This document shows positions 1 to 13,379 of a stretch of DNA of 64,000 bases, piece by piece. The stretch lies in NCBI GenBank assembly GCA_051294905.1, contig CM119371.1:28398001-28462000 (forward strand). Direction: 5' to 3'. The notes under the pieces were generated by a model. The model was not told where the DNA came from, searched no databases, and saw only the letters and a list, made by a program, of their open reading frames with translations. The DNA is from Botryllus schlosseri (Eukaryota). How positions within the stretch are numbered: position 1 is the first letter of the stretch; each line of letters begins with the position of its first letter. A program made the translations under genes and the position numbers.

Positions 1-1433
1 ATATCACAAAATGCATCCATTATTCTAGCAATCCCAACGGATAGTTTGATGGCATGGAAGGCTACGAATGTTGAGGAGAGAAATTTAAGTTCACTTCAGT
101 GTGACAAACGGTCAATTTTAAATAGTTCAAATCACATTGACGAGGTAAAGCATGGTAGGGGTTTTAATGTTCGAGGTTCGAGCATAACCAACAGGGATAG
201 CATAATAGCTAGAAAACTTTACTACATACGGAACCACCTTTATTATTCGATGAAATAAACCAAATAACATTGATGGAAAATAAGGTTGGTTCCTGTGTGG
301 GTGATATATGGGAAATCTGAGCTCCTCTATAAGTGGGTTTCTCATTTTTCAAGATGATTTGATATCAAAAACTCATCAAGTAAACCTTCCCCGAGTTCAA
401 ATTGATAGGTACAATTAGAAGAGACTTATTGCAATCTACCTGGGATTGGTATGGTATAACCACGCATCTTTATGGATGGAAATCCCGCTTGGTTTCGATG
501 CGGGTTACATGTTACTAACCCATTCCGATCATCCATCCCACCTAACCACTTAAATTCCACCTGGATACCAAGTGGGCGTGCTAGCTGGGACCATGACTAC
601 CACAAACAACATTAGGGTTAAGTACATAGTAAATGTTGACAGTGCAAGTCTTCTCGCTTCGACGAACTTACCCGTAAGCTCCACTCTGGCACGCTGGGCA
701 GTGCGCACACACAGATACATAAACATACAGTCACTGAAATTTGACGTAGTAAGCAAGTAGTGGGCAATAGCGGCAGACTGATCGGCCGCGGACCACATTA
801 TCATGTAAGACGGGAAGCTGCCCGCGGGCCGGACAAAATGCCGTCGCGGGCCGGATCCGGCCCTGCCTTAGCCGTTTTCTAAGCCTCTCGGTCTTGGCAG
901 TGTATGTACCATTACACGTCAATTTCAGCATTTCAAAATGTTTTCTGAGCTGTCTTCCGAAATCTCAAATCAAGTCGCGGGACGCAAAATATGACCTCAC
1001 GGGCCTCGTGTTGGTAACCCCTGATCTAGAATATACAGATATCTCTGGTTACTATGCGTCATACCATTCACAAACTTGCAGATATTTTCCTGGTTCGTGT
1101 ATTCTGCAATTTGCCAATCGAAATTGCGATTTTATGTTAGTCAACTATGTAACTTTTCAACTATAAGCGACGAATGTCCAATTACGGCCACTTTTAATAT
1201 CATACCGTCGCGCATATTTGTGTTTGTAGTTTGTGGCTCAAAGTTGGCGTCAGTCGCGACGCTATCGTGAACCCGCATATAGCAGTTTTGTCTTGAATAT
1301 GAACGACGATCATGATGTTTGTGTGCAACCAGATCTGTGGATGGCAGGAATTTCATCTGACAAGACAGTGGGTGATTGCTGCTGTAATGTAATCGATTTC
1401 AATTACATATTGCGATATGAGATATGACTAGAT

Positions 1434-1836
1434 CAGTGGTTCCTAACCTTCTTAGACTCGTCGCCCCCTTATCCAGCTCGAAACAAATCCCCCCCCCCCA
1501 CCCCCGCCATATTTACGGATCCGAAAAAGAGGACATATAGGCTCAACATGAAATTTATTCACCTAATTCTCATCGCTGATGAAGTGACCAAAAAAAACAT
1601 TTTCTGAGTATGTGCTTGAAAAACTGGTTTCCGTTGAGTTTAACCTCTTCGTTTAGTCATATGCAGAATAAGCCGTCTTCACTTGTATTTTTGACCTTGT
1701 TGATTAAATATATCTCACTGTATATTCTATCATTTTCGCCCCACAGTCGCTCCCATTGGTATTGCCGCCCTCTTGTTTCGCAAACTCACCCACGTGGGGG
1801 ATAGGGGGGTGATACCGCCTACGTTAGGAACCACTG
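1434..1836. mobile_element. hAT MITE (CAGTGGTT ends)
   Basis: CAGTGGTTCCTAAC...GTTAGGAACCACTG; imperfect TSD GACTAGAT/TCCTAGAT; empty paralogous site near 13190-13205. Confidence 0.75.
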
Positions 1837-3331
1837 TCCTAGATAGAGGTTTTGCAATGTAAATAACAATGAGACAATGACCACTTAGTTTAGGCACTAT
1901 GCATAACAATGCTCTTTGCGGCAAACCCAGGCAATGTCCTGCTCTTATCCTCCAACAGGTGATCACCTTGGCTAGCTTGACAGGTCAGTAGATATTTTGT
2001 GTCCACTATTCAACTGCAATGTTTGTCGACTGTCGAGACACGAATTGCCAGTATAACTTGTTTAATAAACTCGAAATAGTGAAGACTTGACTTGGTAATC
2101 TTTGTCGCTTTAGGTATTACGATGATACGATCTTGATCGCCCTATTGAAGCTGGTGATTAGGCAGGCGATAGCAGGTACGAGTAGTAAATGATTGCAAGT
2201 ACAGAGTCACAACTTTGCACGCTAATCGGTGGTGTCTGCAGTTCACTGACTATCCATAATTGCGGAGAAACCGTGGTGAGTATATTTGTATATTCATATC
2301 GTTCATATTAGAAGTACGGTGAAGTAAATTTAAGTCCACTTCGTTCATACTTGCTTACAATTGGTTTGACAGATTCTGAGCGAGAAACCGTTTTCATCCC
2401 GAAACGTCTTTTGTCAATTGACCACGGGAGGGGTGGGTAGCCATCATGAAAGAGGGAAGAGACATTACGAAAAGGCAAGCCCCATTGGGAACAAAGGTCA
2501 CGTCGCAATTGCTAAATAGAAGTTTAGGGTGTGAAGGCACTCGTCGTGAAAAGGATAAAATCGCTATCATTTACTTTACATTACACTTGGGCTACACACA
2601 CCGATCTTGTTCAAGTAGGTATGCAAACAAAACAACTGGCACATGAAACCCGTTACGGTAGAAGCACTTTGTTAATGATGGCTATAGTCCTATGGGGCAA
2701 GTTTTGTTGCACTCAAATCGTGAGAAAGTTGCACTTACTTTTAACAAAAGTTGCAGTAAAAAATTTTATTTATAAAATACGAACAGTCAATCAACACTGC
2801 ACTATAAAAGCAAATGTTCTAACTGACAACTAACACTCTAACCTCATTCAAACTTCAAACTGCAGTTACGGAAGCATTGCTTCACGGCAATCTCTCGTCG
2901 GTCTTTCCTCACGCACGACCAATAAAAATGCGAACGGACAGAGTAACAGCTAGCATTCCATACAAGTCGTTCTTAAACTGGGGTCCTCGAGATAACTTTT
3001 TCGGACCGCGAAGCAAGTTCCAAACGATAGACATGATCCAGAAAAAACGAATCTTTCTGTTATAAAAGTTTTCACACAGCTTATTTTTAAACCAAATTCG
3101 AAGGTGGCCTAAAATTATACCGGAAGAGTATTTTGTGCAGAGTTATTCAATTTGAAATTTTAGTCACGCATGGATTTAGTGTCACTTCATTTCTTGATTT
3201 TAATGTGTGCATACCCACTCCCGAACAAAATAATCATATCTTGCAGAAATAATTCTAACTGTATTTATGAGAGTATCGCTGGAGGTCGTTTAGATACTTG
3301 CATACATGTGCCATCTCTGGGTCCTTTAAAT

Positions 3332-4277
3332 CACTGGTTACCAACCTTTCTCAGCTCGCGACCAACTATTCATGTAAATTTCATTAAGCGACCCACCAGA
3401 CCCTGTTTCGCCATTATGGTTATAGCCACTGCTCGTGGGCGCCAGTTTTAATGTTTTCAGTGCGTTATAGTTATTTGGTCGTGGGTAACGTGAACATTTT
3501 CCGGATTTCATGGTGGAAGTCGGTGAATGAGATCGGCAATTGCATATATTTTCCTACTGTAAACATTTTGTCCTCTCTCAGCCCAAGTGATCATATTTAC
3601 CAGTCGAGCTTTGTGAGGTAGTGTGTCTGAAAAGTTCGAGCAGCAAATTCATTATCCATTATCAGTAATTACATCTTCGGTGGGCCCGTTGTTATTAATT
3701 ACTTTTTTGCATGTTTTATTTCGTGACCACGCGTCTGTTATATATAAATGATATTGGAATCGCCCGAATGTTCCAGCGAATAAAATATAAGAAGAAATTA
3801 TTGCGTGTGACGCAGATTCCAAATTGGCATTTCGTCGCAGAGCGAATGGTATTTTCTGTCGGTCGCAGTTGTCCTGTGGGGTTCAGATTGCCAGGACTGC
3901 AATATTTGTGTCGTGGCAACTGTTTGCTGAATATAGCGATAAATCGGGCAGGATTTCTACATTTCCTGATCAACGTTAGCAAAGCCATTGGAGGAGAGAA
4001 TCAATTACAATTCTCAGGCATACACAATAACGCACTGTCCAATTTCACGCTACAATCAAATTACCTGTTACAAAAATCCGGCTGACGAATTATTGTTAGC
4101 ACGGGAACATGGCTCGAGGCGCTTATTGACGCAAAAAATTATTTAGAGAGAAACGTATATATGGTCACCTAAACTTGAGAAGATAAAGTGTTTAGAATAT
4201 TTGACAAATTGAATAGGAGACTGCAGCATTTGGAGATGCTTCGCGACCTACCTGAAATAGCTTCGCGGGAAGCACTG
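3332..4277. mobile_element. hAT non-autonomous element
   Basis: Degenerate TIRs; 8-bp TSD CTTTAAAT at 3324-3331 and 4278-4285. Confidence 0.7.
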
Positions 4278-6125
4278 CTTTAAATCAGCATTTCAATCAA
4301 AGTTACAATATGGCATGATCTGCTGGAGGCTGCCAGTGTTAGGACACTGACGTCACTGCAAACACTTCCGCATCAGGTCCTCCGTATCAAAACCAGGGCC
4401 TCAAAGTTGCATGAAAAGGAGATAACAGTTGCAATATAAAATTCTTACAAACAGCTTAAAACATCATACTACATCAATCCCGAGTATTTATGGAGCTTGC
4501 AAAAGTTGCAAAAACTCGTCGTACTAATGACCTATAACTTTTTGGGAGCAATACATTTATTTATGAGTCATAAGCGTTTGCAAACGGTCTAAGCCTATGC
4601 CGTATCCGGATTTATGATTGCTACTGGAGTGTTGGCACTACCTCGTGGTTATAGTCGGATTGCAGTGCAGATTATGAAGAGGAGCTATTGATAGCCTAAT
4701 TAATAGAACGTGTACTTTGTTTGTCATGGACCTTATACACGAGTTTAATGTCAATTTTTCCCCTGGTTTGAACTTGAACTAGTGTGTAAGATGGTATAAT
4801 TCGAAGACAATGCCGTTGTAAGCTTCCATGGTTGGCAAAACGATATCCATGTTCATTTCAATTTGTGGTTTTGCATAAGCACAATATCTTAACATATCCG
4901 AGATTATATTGTTGAATGACATGCAGACTGAAATGAGTTAACCATCATTAAATCTACCGTAAATATGCGAACAACAAAAGGAGCAACGGCCGCGAACCCG
5001 ATTACCGATGGTGCTACATTGGCAGAGGAAATGGTTTTTGTTGCCATTGTTCTATCGGCAGCTTATGTCAGCGTGCAACTCGTGCATGCATTGTCGCATA
5101 GAATAGATATAGCACAATGCAGTAGCTTTATCTAGTACAGGGCCGGATAACCTTTGGTGAAGGTTTTGAGTGGGCTGCGAGTTTATTTTCTAAATTAGTA
5201 ATATCATAAAGATGGGTTGCTCAGATTGTGAATTTGCAAGGCCAACCAAAAATTTGATTTGTCAGGCCGCAACACTTGCGATGTGACGACTAGAATATCA
5301 GTTCCGACGCATGGGCCAGTTACATTTTTTGTAGATCTTCGTTCATTACAATAAAGCAGAATATTCTGGGCGGATCGATCTATTGTAAATTTTTTCTTCC
5401 CGCTTACCGCAATATCTTGTCACTCGATCTCTTGCCTTTAATATTGTTACTCCCTGAAAATGTAAGAACGATCAGTGTACCAGATTGAGTATATCTATAT
5501 TCACAAATAAGAGAGAAAGCGTCGTCTAACATGCGACCTTGCGTTTGCGCTCGCAGAAAGACCGTCGACGCTGAAACCTAGGCACAAAATGATTGGCGCA
5601 TGTTGGCCAAAGCTTTCTATATTTTCGCGCTTCGCGCGGATAGTGGCACGCGCAGTGGTTCGTCGCTCGCATGTGGCCCTTCGACCGAAAAGGTTGGCCA
5701 CCCCTGATCTAGTAGATCATGCAGGACGTGCTTTCCAAATACAATCGACCCGTACGGAAAGAGATACGGCAGCACGTCGCACGGTTACGGAGTAGCACTT
5801 TCAAAAACAGTTTAGTCGTGATATTCATTCTATGAGGAACAACCACGCCATAGTCAAAATCGCATCAAGGCGTTGGCTATTAGGTTAGTTGGCAGGTCAC
5901 AAGTGTAGTAGTGTGGTGAGTGTTTCGATAATATTTTTGTAATGTCCAGGGAATTATAATTATATTTTGCGCTACTGAATGTGATCCGGCGTCATCCATG
6001 CCTAGCATATATTTCAAAGTTGAGATGATCATTAAATTAAGTATCACTGAGCTATCGTATGGTTGCCATACGTCCGGATGTCCGTAATGTTAGTCTTAAA
6101 CTGCGTTCGAAGGGAAATACTAGAA

Positions 6126-6934
6126 CAGTGGTTCTCAACCTTTATATCTTTGCGGACCCCTTTTGTACCGCCACGTAAACCTACCCCCGCGGGCCCGACG
6201 GTTTTAGTTCAAATCTAGCTCAATTATCATGTAACCGTCAACTGTCTTGTGAAACATTAACTGAATGCTAGTAATAAACAGCGATAAAATGACTTTTCTT
6301 CAAAATAACCGCATACTATTTATGTAGCAATTTGGAAGACTTATTATTTCAAAGTGAATTCTGTAGCTGTATTTTCGAAATCTGCGGTCGTGTCTTGAAA
6401 ATCTGCGTCGTCGATTTGATATGACCGAGTGCCGGAAATCCACAAACATATGTGGTGGTGAATGTAGTGATTACGCGTACCGCTGCCGTCGACACCTTTG
6501 GGTGTGATCACAATCACAACATATGGCACCAAAATCGAGAAACATATTTCGAAGAACATATAAATTCCAGCCTATAGTCATTTCAGCAGCTCATCTTAAG
6601 TTATTCGGGAATTGTGGTTATGTATATCACTGGATTTTTGCAAACAAAATTGTTCCGCCACCTCAGCAAAGCATCTCTAAACAGCAATATATTTGTATAA
6701 GTAGGCTGTTGGCAATTTCACAATTGAGATGAGTTTGCACAGTAGAATATTTTATCTCGGAGGGCCATTTTTTTGCAGTCGAGTCTTTGAGTTTTAGCTG
6801 TTATGAAGCGAAACTACCTCGTGATTTGTCTAATTCAAAATGAATTATAAATTAGGTTATCAACCATTTTGCAAATTTGGACGTTTCGCGGACCCCATGA
6901 AAGGTCTCCGCGGACCCCCGGCCGAGAACGACTG
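6126..6934. mobile_element. hAT non-autonomous element
   Basis: CAGTGGTTCTCAACC...GGCCGAGAACGACTG; TSD TACTAGAA; related inverted copy at 50481-51302. Confidence 0.85.
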
Positions 6935-7438
6935 TACTAGAATATGCCTAAAACTGACGTGCTGAAGTTTGGAGGCTATTTCCACTTTGACGCCAACAGT
7001 TATATATCAACATTGCTTAGGTTACAAAACGTAGATGCCTTCATGTGGAAATTGATATTCAGGTAGATCCGCATTACTGTGGCGAGGGAAACTACATAAC
7101 ATTCATGCAATGTAGATTCAGCGCGATAGTAACATATTGTTTCGAAAATAGCAGCTATTCTCATCAACTTTTTCAGACTTCTTACTTGAGTAGTTCTCAT
7201 ACCGCTAACTCCTACTTCTACTACAGGCAATTTTGGCTTGCTATAAATACCGTTACTTCTACTTCTGATTAGAAATTGAAGCTGTTAAAGTTCTACTACA
7301 TGATGAAATCTTTTCAAAATTTTCGCTCGCAGCAATATACCAAATTAGTCGCGATTTTATGTGTAACGATATTTGATAAAAGGATGGTATATTGAATTTC
7401 ATGAACACCACAGCTAAAGTTTTGTCTCCAAGTCCGAA

Positions 7439-8995
7439 ATGACCCATTCCCGACATCGTAACGGTTGCGGTGATCATATTTGCGAGGTATGCGGAAAAGG
7501 CTTCATCATCAAGTCCTGTCTGACAAGACACATGAAAATTCACGCCGTGTCAAAGGATTTTCAGTGCGAAATATGCGGTAAAAGCTTTTCACGAAGTGAT
7601 TACTTAATCCGACATCATTTGTCCCATGTAGCAAAGAAAGATCATAAGTGCGACATATGCGGGCGATCATTCAATTTTAAATCACAATTGACAGATCACG
7701 TGAAAATTCACACCGGGATAAAAGCGTTTGAGTGCGGAATATGCGGTAAAGGCTTCACAAGTAAGGATTATTCGGAAAAACATTATTTGACTCATACTGG
7801 ACGGAAAAATTACGATGAGTGTCAGATATGCGGCAAAGGTTTCGTGCTGAAATCTCATCTGAGACTTCATTATGCGATTCATACTGAGACGAACGATTAC
7901 GAGTGTGATATATGCGGAAAGGGTTTCCGACAACATCGTCACTTGAGAAGTCATTATTTAATTCATGCTGGAACGGAAAAGTACAATTGTCGGGTATGCA
8001 AAAAAGGTTTCAAAACAAGATCCATACTGAAAAGTCATTATTTGATTCACGCCGGGATAAAGGCGTTTGAGTGCGGAATATGCGGGAAAGGCTTCATAAG
8101 GAAGGGTGAGTTCAAAACACATTATTTGAGTCATACTGGAATGAAAAATGACCATGAGTGTCAGATATGCGGCAAAGCTTTCGGGAAGAAATCTCATCTG
8201 AAACGTCATTATTCGATTCATACTGAGGCGAACGATTACGAGTGTGATATATGCGGAAAGGGTTTCCGACGACATTGTCACCTGAGAAGTCATTATTCGA
8301 TTCATACTGAGGCGAACGATTACGAGTGTGATATATGCGGAAAGGGTTTCCGACGACATTGTCAGCTGAGAAGTCATTATTCAATTCATACGAAAGCGAA
8401 AAAGTACAACTGCCAGGTATGCGAAAAAGGTTTCAAAACAAGATCCCGACTCAAACGTCATTATTTGATTCACGCCAGAGATAAGCTACATAAGTGCGAA
8501 ATCTGCGGGAAAGCATTTCGTCGGAATTCAACCCTTAATGGACACGTGCAGGTGATACACTGGAAAATTAATGACTATGAGTGCGATATATGCGGGAAAG
8601 CTTTTATGCAAGAGACTCAACTAAGGTATCATTATGCCGCCCACATGGACATAATGAAATACCAGTGCGAGGTATGTGGGAAACGATTCATCCTCAAATC
8701 TATTATGGAAAGACACATGAACATGCACGTCGGATTGAAAGAGTTTGAGTGCGGAGTATGTGCGAAAGTCTTTCGACGAAAGTCTACCCTTACAACTCAC
8801 TATTCTGTCCACATGGAAAAGCATTACCCGTGTGCAGTATGTGGGAAAATATTCAATGTCAAATCCTACTTGATAAGCCACAGCCAGATTCACTCGGGAG
8901 TTAAAGAGCATGAGTGCGATATCTGTGGCATGGCATTCGCTGCAAATTTTTCTCTTGAGCGTCACGTCCAAATCCACGGAGGCAACAGAAAGTAA
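7439..8995 (+). CDS. Poly-C2H2 zinc-finger protein (ZF1), 518 aa, 18 fingers
   Basis: Uninterrupted ORF of tandem CxxC-x12-HxxxH units with atypical linkers (HTEANDYEC, HVGLKEFEC). ATG context GAAATG is shared with paralogs at 31655 and 61558. Upstream coding exons cannot be excluded. Confidence 0.9.
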   Translation: MTHSRHRNGCGDHICEVCGKGFIIKSCLTRHMKIHAVSKDFQCEICGKSFSRSDYLIRHHLSHVAKKDHKCDICGRSFNFKSQLTDHVKIHTGIKAFECGICGKGFTSKDYSEKHYLTHTGRKNYDECQICGKGFVLKSHLRLHYAIHTETNDYECDICGKGFRQHRHLRSHYLIHAGTEKYNCRVCKKGFKTRSILKSHYLIHAGIKAFECGICGKGFIRKGEFKTHYLSHTGMKNDHECQICGKAFGKKSHLKRHYSIHTEANDYECDICGKGFRRHCHLRSHYSIHTEANDYECDICGKGFRRHCQLRSHYSIHTKAKKYNCQVCEKGFKTRSRLKRHYLIHARDKLHKCEICGKAFRRNSTLNGHVQVIHWKINDYECDICGKAFMQETQLRYHYAAHMDIMKYQCEVCGKRFILKSIMERHMNMHVGLKEFECGVCAKVFRRKSTLTTHYSVHMEKHYPCAVCGKIFNVKSYLISHSQIHSGVKEHECDICGMAFAANFSLERHVQIHGGNRK

Positions 8996-9794
8996 ATGCG
9001 ACAATCCATGGAACAATTCACAGACGGATCGTTGAAGTAGAAATCATCATCGCTACCAGAAATTCCGTTCGTTGCATCCGTGGAAACGTTATGATAGGTG
9101 GAAATGATATCACGGCTTCTCATATGATATCTTGGGAACATCAAATTAGTATGCTGCAAAATTGACTTCCGTCGCAGCCTCGAATGCATAGAAGACTAAT
9201 AAACATTAATGCGACGCAAGGTGAGGCGAGTCAAAAGTAGACCCTTCCGGAATCCTTTTTAAGTGGTCTTGATGACCTGGACAACGAAATTGCTCCCATT
9301 TAAACTCCAGAAATCGGAATACATATGCTTGCGAAGGAAGATGGATTTTCTTTTTTACTATAAATTGGATATTACATGATATTGTGAAGAGCAAAGGAAT
9401 TTTACGCGTAACGCTTGCTAATAGTCATTGAGCGTTCGCTTTCGAGGATTGCACACGTTTTATTCAAGACATGGGGCTCTATGCTTCTGTACTAGTTTTT
9501 ACTCTTTGTGGTGGAAGCTATACTTCAGGACGGAGAAGTACACGAGTCGCACGCTGCTATTTGGCTGGTTCGACGCTGCATTCAAAATAGTGGTTTCTCT
9601 CGTTGTATTGAACGCGGAAACTCTTATACTTTAAACATAAATTATGCTCTTTCACTCACTTTCAATATTCTAAAGTCGCTGATAACCGCTTCCGAGTTCG
9701 TAAGCTTTCTGTCGCGACGGCAATGCAATCAATCAGCATACATGGGGCAGTCTTTATTCATTATTAACTGAAGAGCTTCTTGGAGGTACAGAAC

Positions 9795-10068
9795 TTCAAT
9801 ATACAATTGAATAGTATATTCATATTGAAATGAACCCGAATATTTTCGGGTGACACTCGTCAGGGGTAATCGTCAGCAACTATGAGAGGATTGGAAGGAA
9901 CATTGTATATCAACAATCGTATTGCAAAATATGACGTCACCAGCATGAAAGAAGGAGCGTTCAATGTACTATTTTTAGGAGGTACGCGAACTCATTTGAC
10001 AGAGTTTTTGTTGGCGTAATTTGATAAAAGTCGACTCCAAGGCACACAAATGGAATTGTGAACGACCC
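9795..10068 (+). repeat. Dispersed ~275-bp repeat, second copy at ~59095-59375
   Basis: High identity (TGACACTCGTCAGGGGTAATCGTCAGCAACTA...CCAAGGCACACAAATGGAATTGTGAACG). Confidence 0.85.
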
Positions 10069-10142
10069 CACCCAACTGATCAAATTGGTTACGATGCTTG
10101 TTTATTGTTTTTTGTCTATTCCGCTACATGCACGGGCTAACG

Positions 10143-12803
10143 CAGTGGTTCTCAACCGGTGTGCCGCGGCACATTATAGTTAGTGTGCCAATTGAACTGC
10201 TCAGGAGTGCCGCGAGCAAATGTGGTAAACTATGTCGAAGTATAACAAAAAATCCAATTTTTGAGTATGTCATTGTTGCTTTTTCTATTGAATTTACCCG
10301 AGACACTCGATGTACAATCCGATGCAGTGAACAGATATAAGGATGTCGAGACGACTATAGTTACGGTATCTCAATCTAGTATCGCAATCTGGCGTTTCCA
10401 TTAGGTCATGGATTGAGCCTTTCTCTGGGCTTTTTATTGTAAATATGCTCTGAGCACAGAGGAGCGGAGAATCTCATAAATCTGCGACGCTTCGTAAGTT
10501 GCTACTGCATTGCCATGAATCAAACTGGGGCCTCCACGGTCAATGGGTGTGATACGCCAGTTTGCCCACATGTAGTAGCATTTAGGACGGTGATAACTAA
10601 ACTCGGGCAATTGGACCGTAATATTGAAGTGTGGCCGAAGGCGTTCAGCTTTTACTCGTCACCCCCATCAGAACCGGAGACAGAACAGGGACATGACGCA
10701 GGTTGATGACCTTTTTCTGTTTCTATTTGTAGTAGTATTTTGCCATGTCTTCGTCATCGATGATCAATTGATCATTTCACACCATATCGATATTACTCAT
10801 TTTGATTCCGGAGATGCCAACTAATAGCACGGCCCACTTTTTAAAAGACACGGCTTTTACAGATCGGAAGACGATTAAGAGCCTATATAAACCTCCAACA
10901 CCTAGGAAGGCATTTCCATCATCGAGAAATGAACTCATTTGGAAGTGATGTTCACGTTTGCAAATTAGAATTGCCAAGGTAGCCTTCACATTGCGATTGT
11001 TAGGTAGCGTGCCAGCACTGCAGGTAAAAAGTAGGCTCAGGGCGCAACGTTTTGTTTCAGGCGACAAATTTGAGAATTGAGAAGTAAAGATGATCAAATT
11101 ATATCAGTTAACAAATTTCCCCGCCACTGAGGTTTATGATCCTGGTTTGTTGAAACTGCAATTGAACTGCGGGTGGCGCCAGTAACACTATCGAGGTATT
11201 GCTATCCTCACCGGTGCTATTACACGATCTGCGTGGAAATGCGTTTGACATCCATGTATAATACACCTCTACGCCTCTGTATTTGTTAATGGCGACTTGC
11301 GATCGTGATTGGACTCTTCGATGCGACGGTTAATTACACCGACAATGCGGTAGTGGGCAGACTTTATTTGCCAAGCCAATCTTAAGAAATTAAGCTCAAC
11401 CTGAAATTTAAACGAGATCTCAGCAGGTCAGTTACGTGGTAACAGAGGTAATAGCTTAGGGTTGCCATACGTCCGGAATTTCCCTGTAAAATCTGCGTCC
11501 GGGAGGAAATTCTAAAATATGCCTAAATGTCCGGAATTTTGAAGGCTTGAAGTAGGCTCAAAATACCTTCGTAAATCAACATAAATAATATTATTTTAAA
11601 GCAGATTTATGTCATTTGAAATTTTTCTTCGCACTGCGCGCGATTTAATACCAAGCGCATATTAAGCTTAATATGGGACGACGCACCACCCTCGCTAAAA
11701 TGCAATCAAAAATAGTTAAAAATACCCATTATTTGCTGAAATAAGTGTAATAACAATTATAAGATAACGGTATATTCCTGGAGTTGTTTGAGGCTGTTTA
11801 GGGCTTTAGTCAAAGACAGTTGTTCTAAATCTGGGGATCGCGAAGCGAAGATGATGGACGTCATCAGCTTCCAAAATAGGCCTTGAGTAAGTCCGGGCAA
11901 GCTGGAACCCACTAGTGTATTTTATAGTAATGTATGGGAGAACCAATATGATAAACAGATTTCATCACATATTTTAACAAGCAGATGCATATAGAAAGCC
12001 CGCAAGAAGTCACGTCGATTACGTTATCGTGGGCCCGAGATTAGTGCCTTTTGGGCGCATGGGGACAGAAAAAATGTTGTTTCGGACCTGGTTACAACAT
12101 ACAGCCAGATAGGCCTAAATGTGCCGACCTAACAGTATAGCAGGGCTGTCAACCACACAACCGGCAGACCGGATAAGGTCCACCAGACGATTGCATCCGG
12201 CCCGTGAAGAGATCTGTTGCAGACCCAAGCAATCACCAGAGCTCACATTAAAAAGGGCCTCATTCAAAACTTATGTTCCACTCAACTCCTGTATACATTC
12301 GATGGGCGAAGCTTTGCTAGTGTGACGTCGTAATGACTGACAATATATTCACATTTCATTGTACAATCCGCTAGTGGGCGCTGAAAAGTGTCCGTAACCC
12401 TATATAGCTGATAATTGAAAATCTCACACGGAAGCGGGGAAAGTTCTTTTTACGGCTTGCAATAAAATTGAAAAAACATGTTTGGGAAGAATGGAAAACG
12501 ATTTCCATGTCTAATGATAGGCTACCATACGCAGACGTATTTGTGACATGTCCGCAGAGATTGAAGAAAACTTAATATCTTCTTTGAAGCAGAGAAAAGC
12601 TTACTTGAGTGCTCCAAAAAGGTAGAAGTACTTCGTCAGTGACCACCTCTGTAAGACTGTGGTTGCTGCTATAGTGCTATACGCATTCTGGTAGTTTTCC
12701 TGTGCCGTGAGCCAAAAGAGTTCAGAACCACTGTGCTAGTGTGCCGCGAACTATTCTTCATTTTAAAAGTGTGCCGCGAGGTCAAAAAGGTTGAAAACCA
12801 CTG
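10143..12803. mobile_element. hAT non-autonomous element with nested insertions
   Basis: CAGTGGTTCTCAACC...GGTTGAAAACCACTG; TSD GGCTAACG (10135-10142, 12804-12811); GTGTGCCGCG subterminal motifs. Confidence 0.8.
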
Positions 12804-13379
12804 GGCTAACGTGTAGCTCTTTTCCTTGTTACATGTTGTTCTTCATTTTGAGATAGTGATTTTATATTTGTTTTTTTTCTATGTAACTTATTAACACTCG
12901 ACGGCTTCTGTGTCGTTTCACCAATCGCCCACTATCAATATCTTACCGTTGCGAATATATCAGAGATCGTCACCTCTCACACGCGACGCCAACGAGAGGC
13001 CGCATGCTGCAGTATTTTTTACTGTCAGCTGCTCGAATCTTGTATCGAATGTGAATAAAGAACATTATGCTTGTGTGCGGCCCGCTATGTGACCGGTAAT
13101 TGCTCTGATGAGACTAATTGCTGCGTTCCGGACATTGGGCTTTTACTGCTTTAATGTAATCGATTACGATTACAAATCGCGATGTGAGATATTACTAGAT
13201 AGATGTGAACACTGAACAAGGTGAAAGACGATTAGAGAATGGTCAATCAGCCCTCGTACATGACGGGACTCTTTGCGGCAACACCGAGCAAAACGCGGCT
13301 ATGAGTCTCTTGCAGGTGGTCACCCCTGCTTGCCTGAAATACGAGTAACATGCTAAACTGTCGCTTTTCATTGTGTCGC

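Noticed and set aside
7682..9016. Antisense ORFs over the ZF genes (also 30303-31412, 47460-47849, 61801-62511)
   Set aside because: Shadow frames produced by repetitive zinc-finger codon usage.
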